Assembly (NCBI GenBank): GCA_034226945.1
Contig: CP120456.1
Coordinates: forward strand, 806,001-870,000
Direction of reading: 5' to 3'
DNA from: Picochlorum sp. SENEW3
Taxonomy: Eukaryota
Length of the DNA stretch: 64,000 nt
In this document: positions 23,818 to 33,933 of the stretch, in pieces
Layout of the letters: each line of letters begins with the position of its first letter
Position numbering within the stretch: the stretch's first letter is position 1
Made by a program: the position numbers and the translations under genes
Notes under the pieces: model-generated
Told to the model about the DNA's origin: nothing
The model's database searches: none
The model's input: only the letters and a program-made list of their open reading frames with translations

Positions 23818-24049
23818 TTAGAACTCTCTTTTCTTTCTCTCTCTAAATTTCTCTAAATGAAAGATCCATGTTTGCCAAGATGTAACACACAATTCATTGT
23901 GACACATTCCGGTCAATCTGGCCATCTGATGGGACAGGCGCACATGGCTACAAGACCCATTCCAGTTTGAGCGTACCAATACCCCGATCTGGTTCCCAAT
24001 CTCGAGTAATATTAAGTCATATACTTTTAATATTGTTAGAAATACCAAG

Positions 24050-24853
24050 ATGCCTTTCAAGCGCACCGTCGAAATTGGCCGTGTCGTCATGGTGACCTAC
24101 GGCGCAGACTATGGCAAGCTCTACGTCATTAGCGACGTTGTAGACCTCAATAAGGTATGATAATGCTTCCTTGAATCACTTTTATCGTTGATACTGCGCA
24201 CAGTGGAGGGATGGGTGGCATTCGTTGTCTTTGTGGGGTCTCTGTACTGGTGACGGCGACAATTCCTGCCAGACTGAAAGTCTGGATAGAGGGCTGTAAG
24301 AGTCATGTCACGTCTTATGATGGCATATCTGATTCTTCATCCCTGACAGGATGGTCCAAGAAGGGCATGTTGCCGAGGTTGTCGCGGCGGCAGCAATGAC
24401 AGCAGCAGAAAGAATCTTTTGCACGTTCGAGAAAGACACAGTGACTGGGATGTCATTAAAATAACAGATTGTCAATGGATTGTTCATCTAGGGGGAAATG
24501 CACATGGCAGAAGGAGAGGCACTACTAACACGCACCACCTTGTTCTTGTTTGTCTGCAGGCTTTGGTCGATCGTCCAGATGAGGTCCGTCGCACAATGAA
24601 TTTCAAGAGGATGGTAATGACTGATTTCAAGGTGGATATTCCACGCTTAGCGAAGAAGGCAGTGCTGAAGAAGGCACTGGAGGAATCTGATGTGTTTGCC
24701 AAGTTTGCTGCATCAACGTGGGGACAGAAGATGGCCAAGAGGGAGGCCAAGGCTAACTTGAACGACTTTGAGAGACACATGGCTGCTGTTAACAAGATGA
24801 AGCGCAGTGCCAAGGTTCGTCGTGCTTTCAACAAGCTCAAGAAGTCTGCATAG
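24050..24853 (+). CDS. RPL14: 60S ribosomal protein L14/eL14 (exons 24050-24154, 24560-24853)
   Basis: [41 protein letters not shown]...LNDFERH; TGTAA after the stop. Confidence 0.96.
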
Positions 24854-24981
24854 ATAGAATTATTTACACATACATGTAAAGACATCATAATGTTGTTTAT
24901 GTATTCAAAACCTCGTGTACTCAAAAAGAGGAAGAAAAATATCTCTAGAATATTACTATTTATTTCCAATATGGTGTATTC

Positions 24982-26688
24982 TCAGTCGACTGTTGGCATC
25001 GCGAGCCGAGAGTCTTGACTCGGCACGATGGCTCGTTCAAAATCCCAACCATGGTTGGTAGCAGTTTGTTCAAAATATTCAAAAGTCTCTCTCATACTCT
25101 CAAAACTGGACCGCAATAGGGTCTGTGTATCATTTATTGATTGTTTGTGGGCATCGATCCAACAGGCTTGCAGCATGGCCCTCATGGTATCTCTCCCTTG
25201 AGCATCAACCCACAGGATGACATGAATCACATCCTCCTGGATCACCAAGATGTATTTTTCACTCTCATACATTCGCGCGACGTCTATTGCTTCGAGGTTG
25301 GGCAAAGTCCATGTACGTGTAATGTCAGACCAAGAACTCCCGAAAATACAATCGGTTCCGTGCGGTAATGTGGTGGGGGATTCAAACATCTTTTCCAAAG
25401 CTGAGGCTTCGTTCACATCCAGTATGTCCCCACTCGTGATAAAATGCGATGCTATAATGGACCCCCGTTTGAAATTGGGCCACGGAAAACTCAATACTGT
25501 GAGAGAATAATACCGAAAGGCCACATGTGCGGCCTGTACAGCGAACCATGCTGGGACCACAGCCTCTGGGGTCCCCAGAGTCTCCAACCCACTGAGAAGA
25601 GCAACACTTGCCGCAATCCCTACAAGTTGAGCCGACGTCTCCCACACCTCTTCTTTTGCAGACACATCTCCAATGTTATTGGCAAGTGCAAAATGAGTCT
25701 GAATGACTCTGAAACAAGGCCTCCCAATTCCATGACCCAGCGCTTTGGCCACAGTACCACCCCCCGCGAGGATTACAAAATTGCTTGGGGAAACCTGTGT
25801 CGCAATCTCCAATGATAGTCCTAGAGTCGTGAATGCTTCAGCAATCATTCTCCATCGTTTTGGATCCTCATCAAACATAAAGCCTAATTTTCCACCGACA
25901 AATAATCGACCAGCTGCTCCAATCCCATCTTTTGTCACCCATTTTATTGCTGCAGAAAGCCCCACAGAATCAACAGGTCCACTCCCAACACTGCATTATT
26001 ATTGCAATATTATGTGATATAGAAATAGAGATAATGTCATTATTTATTATTATTACTACTCGTGTGTGTAGTAAGTACTGCCTTCAATATCAAAAGAAAA
26101 AAAAAACGAAACATACCCAAGAGCCTTCAACATACTTGAACCAGCCAGAGCTGCACACAGTATATATATATATATATTGAGAACGAGTCATGACGCATAC
26201 TCACCCCGACAACACTAAAAAAAATATATTAAAAACGTACAATGACTCATCCAACCAAAAATATGAGAGGGAAACGTCCATAATTGATATCGGAGATAAT
26301 CTTCAGTCACACTCTCTGGCCACCCTCGTGGCACAAACAATGTCTGAATCTCTCTCACAACCTGCCTCACCCCGAACGATGGCGTACTCGGGTACATTAC
26401 ATCACCATCTTCATTACTTTCGCTGCTCCCTCCGAGGCAAATCTCATCGGCCATGGACACATGGCGGGTGTCGTGCGCCTCGTCCAACCTTGGAACCACC
26501 TCGGAACCCCCCTCGTCCACAAACATCCCAGCCGTATTCTTGGCTTCATTATCATTAATTATGGAATATAATCGCATAGATGTCTTCCCATTGGATAATG
26601 GAGCACGGAACACACCAGGGTTGGTCGCATTGTTTGTTGCGAATAACGGATTTCTTTTCACCACCGACTGCCAGTGCAGTATCTCCAT
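24982..26688 (-). CDS. ROOT UVB SENSITIVE (DUF647) family protein, multi-exon
   Basis: LFVPRGWPESVTEDYLRYQLW, AAIKWVTKDGIG, FDEDPKRWRM, HFALANNIGDVSAKEE. Confidence 0.9.
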
Positions 26689-26920
26689 CGTTTCTCAATT
26701 CTGCTACAATCTGTCTTTCAAAAGACTTTTAGAATTTGAAATTGCACATCTGAACTACAGTTTGTTCGGTCTCGTTAAAAAAAAAAAAAGCATTCCCCAT
26801 AATCCTGCAAAAACCCTGCCAGGGCCATGGAGATGGATGCAGTGCATCCAGTCAGCATTCTGTGTATGATACACGATGACATGCCCATGTCCACATCGAT
26901 GGAAAAACAAAATCAACAGT

Positions 26921-29900
26921 ATGACGATGCAATCGTTACAAGGGAGGAAAATAGCCATTGTGGGGTCTGGGGTATCGGGTCTCTCTGCAGCATGGTTGCT
27001 TCACAGGTGGGTTATGATGTGTGCTAGATGCATCATCTTTATAGTACATTGTGTATAATAATGGTATGTAATGCATAGGAATGGGGCCATTGTGACTCTG
27101 TATGAATCTGAAGGGGCTTGTGGTGGCCATACCCTGACTGACTCCACGTCTGGATACCCGATCGATTTGGGATTCCAGGTGTTTAATCTGACAACATATC
27201 CACATTTGGAGGGCATGTTTGAAGAGCTTGGTGTGGATAGTGAGCCATCTGAGATGTCCTTCTCCCTGTCCGTTGACTCTGGTAGGGTGGAGTGGGCCAG
27301 TCATGGGTTGGGGACTGTGTTTGCGCAGAAGAAGAATGCTGTGTCACCCTCTTTTCTCAAGATGCTGTATGATGTGCTGAGATTTGGAAGGGAAGCTCCT
27401 CGTGTGCTAGAAGCAGCCAATGAGCACATATACAAGGATATGACCTTGGGGCAGTATTTGAAACGGCATGGATATTCTGAGAGTTTTCAGAGAAACTATG
27501 TACTGCCCATGTGTGCTGCTGTATGGAGTGTGCCTGCAAAACGCGTGTTGGAATTTCCTATATGCATGCTGATTCGATTCTGGGTGAATCATCACTTGCT
27601 TGATATAACAAATAGACCGTGCTGGAGAGTGGTCAAGGGTAGAAGCAGGACGTATGTGCAGCGAATAGTGGAAGAATTGCCTGATGTTCGTGTTCATAGT
27701 CGAGTCGTCAAGGTTGAGCGTGACGACAAAGTGTCACGAGTGGCTGTGACGTGTGAGACGAAACAAGGGTTGGAGGTGGAACTATTTGATTCTGTTGTTT
27801 TGGCAACGCATTCAGATATTTCGTTAAGCATGCTTCAGAGCGATACGAAAGAGCAGGAAGAGTTGAGGGACATCCTGAAGAAGATTCCATACTCGTATAA
27901 CGATGTGTATCTTCACCAGGATGAATCCCTGATGCCAAAGAATCGGGATGCATGGGCCTCTTGGAATTGCATTGAATCGAGAGAAGGGGTGGATAATCCA
28001 TTGGAAGTACCAGTATGTGTGACGTACTGGGCGAATCGATTGCAGGACTTGGGGAAAGAGGCTCCTGATTATTTTGTGACACTCAACCCAGTTCATACTC
28101 CTGCAGAGGACAAGGTTGTCAGGAAAATGGTCCTGTCCCATCCAATTTTTGGAAAGGAGTCTGTTGCTGCACAGAACATGGTGAAGAATGTTCAGGGAAA
28201 AGGAGGTATCTATCTATGTGGAGCGTGGTGCGGCTACGGGTTCCATGAGGATGGGATGCGGTCTGCAATTCATGTCGTGGAGTCCATGGGAGGCAGTATT
28301 CCATGGACTCCACGGACGTGCTCCCCAAAGATACCCATGATTGATTCTATTGCCATGAAGATGTTTGATTCTTTTGCAAAGATGGCAATCTTGAAGGGAA
28401 AGCTTCGCCTCATTCTGCCAAATGGCGAGGAATTGGTGTATGGGACTCCTGAGCCTCCGGTTGGGGGAGATGCAGAGGCATGGAGGAAGAGGCCACCGTT
28501 GAATGCGACTGTTCGAATTTACAATTGCGCCTTCTTCAGAAAGATTATTTCGCGCCACGATACAGGATTGGGAGAATCGTACATGGACGGCGATTTTGAA
28601 GTGATTGAGGGTTTGGGTGGCAGTGGAGATTTGGGGTCTTTAATGGCAGTGATTACTGCCAATGCGTACTCTGTGGAGGCGAATAGAGGCATTTTGGGAA
28701 TTTTCAACAAGATTGGCGACAAAATTTTGACTTGGTCTCATATTCAACGAAGTAATACTGCTTTGGGTAGTAGGAAGAATATTGAAGAGCATTATGATGC
28801 AGGCAATGACATGTACAAGACATTCTTGGATGAGACCATGACATATTCCTGTGGTATGTGGAAGAATGGTGAGACCGAATCTTTGAAAGAATCTCAATTG
28901 AACAAGATAGATTCTTTGATAGAAAAAGCCGATCTTCAACCTGGTCATAAAGTGTTAGAGATTGGATGTGGATGGGGTTCTTTTGCCATCAGGGCAGCCC
29001 AAACACGACAGTGCCACATTGTCGGTCTCACTCTCAGCAAAGAGCAATTGGCTGAAACCACAGAAAGAGTTAAACAAGCTGGTGTTGATCATCTTGTGAC
29101 ACTTTTGTATTGTGACTATAGAGATACGCCGAATTTGGGGACGTATGACAGGGTGGTGAGTTGTGAGATGATTGAAGCTGTGGGTCATGAACACCTCCCC
29201 GCGTATTTTGCAACGATTGGAGCCGCCCTGAAACCTGGAGGTAAAGCTGCTCTCCAAGTGATTGCCGCACCAGATGAAAGATATGAAGCGTACTGCAAAT
29301 CATCTGACTTCATTCGTGAGCACATATTCCCAGGTGGGCATCTGCCATCCATGGGGGCCTGTGTTGAGGCTGCGAGAGGTACAGGACTCTCAATCCACAA
29401 ACTCCTAGACATAGGAGAAGACTATGCAGTAACATTACGAAGATGGCGACTAGCGTGGGAGGCAAAGAAAAATGAGATTTTACAGCTTGGATACAGTGAA
29501 AAGTTTTGGAGGAAATACAGATTTTATTTTGTGTACTGTGAGGGTGGTTTTGATGCCAAGTATATTCACACATACCAGGTTACATGGATCAAAGATGGAG
29601 AATTCACGCTGAGTGATCAAGATTTGCGCAGAGCATTACAAATGAGTAAAGGCGAGGTCCCTGACAAGAAATCAACAGGATACAGCATACATCCAAGCAT
29701 GGCTACTCAGTTCCTCATCTGCCTGTACTTCTTCTTGGCTGGTATGGCAGTTGCAAAAAGCCCGGTGCTGTGGCTGTCCCCAGCAATATCGTTTGCTTCT
29801 GCCGGAGTATACCTATTGGTGTCTCTTCTTTCCTCTGCATTCCCCTTTTACAAAAGAATGAGTGGTTTGGAATCATCCATGTGGAGCATTTATGCAACGC

Positions 29901-30460
29901 ATATTGTATACTCCATCACCACGCTTTGCTTTTTGGGAATGTATATGGTCATGTATCCACTTCATGGTGCCATAGATGCACCATCAGAGTCTCTTGCGAC
30001 ATTTGCACGATCGCTCATCGCTGGTTCCGCAGGATTTTTTGGCTTCCTTCTCATGGTCGAAGTGAATTGCAAACTGTACACCAAAAGCCACTGGGCATTT
30101 GCACATCACACTCTGATGCTCATTTTGTTTAGTGCAGCAGCCTACAAGGATATCAATACACACCTCATGTGTGTGGGACTGCTTTCTGAAGCACATTCTA
30201 TCATTCACTATCTCTTCAAAATGCTCACTATGGCTGGTAGCAGAATACCTGGTGCGCGGATTTCAAAGTCCTTAGAGCTGATGGTCTTCATTTGCTTTAA
30301 ACTGCTGCTTCATTTTGCTCTGGGCATCCTCGTTGTATGCAAACCTTCTTTGTTTCCAAACGCAGCATCTCATGCCATTGCATCTGCTGGCATGCTCTAT
30401 GTCAATGGTTTAAACATGAAGCACGCAGTGGCCTCGCCAACAAAATTGCACATTGAGTAA
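26921..30460 (+). CDS. FAD-dependent oxidoreductase + cyclopropane fatty-acyl-phospholipid synthase (CMAS) + C-terminal TLC-like membrane domain (exons 26921-27006, 27079-30460)
   Basis: IAIVGSGVSGL (Rossmann), DLGFQVFN.TTYP, GAWCGYGFHEDG; NIEEHYDAGND, VLEIGCGWG, SCEMIEAVGHE, IFPGGHLPS; multi-TM tail with HH and LLSE. Confidence 0.9.
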
Positions 30461-30558
30461 TAATAGCGTGATTCTTTTTTCATACATGTATTTTGATTCA
30501 TTCATTCTTGTATACCGACTCATCATTGGTAATTCAATTCATTGGAAATCCAGCAGTA

Positions 30559-31272
30559 CTACTTGCGCCCCCGTGCTCCCTGAGAATACGCTGCAGCCTT
30601 GGCCTGCGCAGCTGCCACAGCCGCAGAAACCGCCCCCTTTCTGAATTCTATTTTCCTGCCTTTCTGCTGTTCTCTACTTTCTTGCTGCATTCTTGCCACA
30701 TCTCTTGCATGCACTGCACCCAATCTCCTCATTTCCTCTAGATGAATGTCTCCTTCACTCCCACTGGCAGCTTTCAGAAATGTCCCTCCTTCTTCAATAT
30801 TGAATTTATCCATCATTATCATCATCAAATCAGGAGACTTGAACAAAGTCCGACTCCGCAACTCATCCACAATGGAAAACCCCTTGTCATTCCTCACAGA
30901 AATCCACAAGTCCACCTTTTTCTGAATCCTTTCGTCTACAGGCGTCGGTATCTCATTCTTCTCTTCCTCATCCCCAAGAATCGGAAATCTGCTCACAAGA
31001 TATTCATATTCGTCCATATCATCCAGACTATGACCATTCAAAGTCCCAGCGGCGGGCTCCTCTGTGTCACGTTGCTCCTCAAGTCTCACCCCTCCAGCAC
31101 TCGTCTCAAGAGCAGCCGAAGGCTCTGCTTCACGCTGCTCAACACCATTAGTTTTACCAGAAACACCTTCGTGGTCGTCTTGTGGGGTCTCGTGTGACAA
31201 ATCCTCTGACGCAGACCCATACGCTCCGAGCAATTCATTCAACACGAGACCTTCTGTGTTCTCCTCCGCCAT
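30559..31272 (-). CDS. SAP30-binding protein (HCNGP-like)
   Basis: LLGAYGS N-terminal motif; LRSRTLFKSPDLM..MMDKFNIEEGGT; RKIEF. Confidence 0.7.
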   Translation of the reverse strand: MAEENTEGLVLNELLGAYGSASEDLSHETPQDDHEGVSGKTNGVEQREAEPSAALETSAGGVRLEEQRDTEEPAAGTLNGHSLDDMDEYEYLVSRFPILGDEEEKNEIPTPVDERIQKKVDLWISVRNDKGFSIVDELRSRTLFKSPDLMMIMMDKFNIEEGGTFLKAASGSEGDIHLEEMRRLGAVHARDVARMQQESREQQKGRKIEFRKGAVSAAVAAAQAKAAAYSQGARGRK

Positions 31273-31715
31273 GGCAATGTGTGTATCTCCTACTACTAGG
31301 ATATTCCTTACAAATAAATAATGACATCAGGGTCAGACTGGTGCCTTGTCTTCATGCCCCCTTCGAATTGCCCCTCCATGATGGAGGGACCTTAAGGTCC
31401 TTTTGAAAAAAGAAAACCAGCCATGCATCGAAATCGATGTCGCTCTTACATACTGCTACTATGTAAGAGATGTACTTCTGCTGCCTTGTATTCCAAAGAT
31501 CCGATGGATGACGCAACGATGTAAACGGTGGATTTTTAACTGGAAGAAAAATAATAGTCTTGTGTGTGAAATCTGCTTGAGAAGAGATTTGAATCTCTTC
31601 TAGAGTACCCACATCCATCCCATGCTCACAAATCCAATTATTTCTCTAGAACTGTCTCGATCGATTCAAGTAGTAGAATTTGTCAGTATACATAACAGAT
31701 AGTAGGTGGGGTAGA

Positions 31716-32317
31716 ATGTCACGACGGAGACAGCGACTAGACTTGACAACGACAGCACAGCCAACTGGCCTTGATGAGGTATGCTATCGTTCTGTACAGC
31801 CTCCATTCTGCGCTTTTTAATACAAGAAAAATATCATCGGAATATGAACATGATGTAGAGTCGGTATATAGAACATCTCGACCATATTGTAGAATGCCCT
31901 CTGTTTCAGTACCTGGAGCAGGAGCCAAAAATCGTCAGTCATAGCTCACCCCCTGGGACCCATGGTTGGAAAAAAGTGTCTTTGGGGCCTGAGATGGAAT
32001 ACTACTGGCATGTTGAGTCTGGAAAGGTGTCACGTGAGTGTCCTGGCGATGAGGAAGGGCATGGTATCAAAGGGGGTAATGAGTATAGAGAGCTGGTGGA
32101 GTCACTTCAACATGATGCTGTTCGGCTAGCTCAGAAGCAGGATGATCCAACGCAACTAGCTGTTCAGGCTGCGGTTGTGTCTCGAATTGCAGATGGGATG
32201 CTACGGGCGTACGACACCATGTCGTCTGCTGACAGCTCTGTGGAGGAAGTATGGTCTGCTGTGTTTCGAGTAATGTCTGATGAGCGAGATGCATTTCGCG
32301 TCATGGACGAATCTTGA
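31716..32317 (+). CDS. WW-domain protein (exons 31716-31778, 31910-32317)
   Basis: GWKKV....EYYWHVESGKVSRECP WW signature; phase-0 GT-AG intron. Confidence 0.7.
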
Positions 32318-32397
32318 TCGAAGACGGCTGCTATCAGTATCACAAAACAAGTAACATAATAATATGGTATATATGCATGAAATATGGTACTATGGAA

Positions 32398-33366
32398 TCA
32401 AATTCTTGGTAGTCTTGAAAATGATACATCCTGATGCGCCAGAACATCATCTGAAATCCCTAAAAACCTGGCCAAATCTCTCAATACTGTCTCATTTTTA
32501 GCTGGGTCAAACATGTCTTCGTAATAGACGAAATGAACTTGTTTTTTTCCGTGTGCCTGAGCATACCGGTGCATCCATCTAATATTTCTTTCCAACAGTT
32601 TGCCTCGTCCCCTGTAAAATCCCTGTCCAGCTGTCAAATTATATTGACGCCTCAGATTGAAAATGATCTTCGAATCCGTGCAGAGGCTTTTAAAGAAATC
32701 AATGTACACATCGTATGTCTTATATCTTGTGCCATTTCGATATCGAAGAGTCCACGGCGAGGCAAACTTGACATCCAATAAACTGTTCAGATTTGTATTG
32801 TGGCGAATTTCTTTGAATCCAACAGTATAGTCTTGGAAATCCCCATAGCCAAACAATCTCTTAAAGTACGAGGTTTTGGCACATTCTGCTACACCAGGCT
32901 CAAAATTTGAATACCACGCGGGTTTGTTCCTCGCCTTTACAAACTCATGGTACCGTGTCTTTTCTGCCTCTGCTCCGGTAGGGTCTCCCCGCCGAGGAAA
33001 CTTTCTTGTCAATTGAGATCCTGTTTGGTCCAGATTGAACAGGTATTTAAACATGCCATGGTTCTCTCCTCGAATAAAAACTCCTGGAAGCTGATTCATA
33101 GCATCCTGAAGAGCTGTCGAGCCAGAGCGGCCCATGGCCATGAGGAAGACGCATTTTTTCTGCTTTTCACAAGCGAACCTCTCCCAAGTCTCTGGACCAA
33201 CCATACGCACCATGTGCCGCGTCATTGCTGTTCGGAGTAGCACCGACCTATGCTCTTGATCCATATAGATGTACAGAAAGAGCATCAGTACGATGACGCT
33301 GCTGAAAACGCCGATGCAAGACATCCAACCAACACCAAACGAGCAGGCCTTCTTGTTGAAATACAT
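32398..33366 (-). CDS. Type II membrane sulfotransferase-like protein
   Basis: N-terminal TM helix; MGRSGSTAL PAPS-binding loop; GFKEIR, IIFNLR, VYYED. Confidence 0.75.
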   Translation of the reverse strand: MYFNKKACSFGVGWMSCIGVFSSVIVLMLFLYIYMDQEHRSVLLRTAMTRHMVRMVGPETWERFACEKQKKCVFLMAMGRSGSTALQDAMNQLPGVFIRGENHGMFKYLFNLDQTGSQLTRKFPRRGDPTGAEAEKTRYHEFVKARNKPAWYSNFEPGVAECAKTSYFKRLFGYGDFQDYTVGFKEIRHNTNLNSLLDVKFASPWTLRYRNGTRYKTYDVYIDFFKSLCTDSKIIFNLRRQYNLTAGQGFYRGRGKLLERNIRWMHRYAQAHGKKQVHFVYYEDMFDPAKNETVLRDLARFLGISDDVLAHQDVSFSRLPRI

Positions 33367-33933
33367 GGCTCTCCGTGCGGCTACTATCTGGATCGAAATG
33401 GTTCTACAAGCATACCGTGTGCATTCAATTCAATACTGCGTTATATATAATCTCACAACGACTCTCTACACGCTGGCACGCGAGTGTTGCTCTTTAAGCA
33501 ACAAGGATACACGAGGTCAAAGGGTGGCCCGTTGACCACTGCCACACCCGATGGCGAGGATTCCGTATTCTCAGTACAATTATAAGATACTGAAACATTC
33601 ATTTAATGGTATAGTACCTGCGAGATTGTCGCTGATGCATCCACATGAATGTGTGACGAGGCATTTTATTATTACCGTAATACGGAACTTTGCGCTGGAT
33701 CTGCATGACCATTTCTGCTCAGAGAGAAATCCTAATTCACTGAATAGTTCTTCAATTAAAGAAAAAAGCACTAAAAGCAGTTGTGATGCGTCATATCTGA
33801 CGACGCCTGGGGTGCAGGCAGTCTGAAAAAATAAAGGCACAATTTTGTCATTTTTCTTCATCATAGCGTTCAACGAGCGTGGAAAGTAGTTTACGTAGTA
33901 CATAACAATAGATATTTATACTAGAATAGAAGT

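Noticed and set aside
24269..24285. ccagactgaaagtctgg resembles a tRNA-Phe anticodon arm
   Set aside because: No D arm, T arm (GTTCRA) or acceptor stem at tRNA spacing; kept only as an intronic hairpin.
33686..33715. actttgcgct resembles the 5' end of U4 snRNA
   Set aside because: Downstream U4 kink-turn, stem I and Sm-site sequences are absent.
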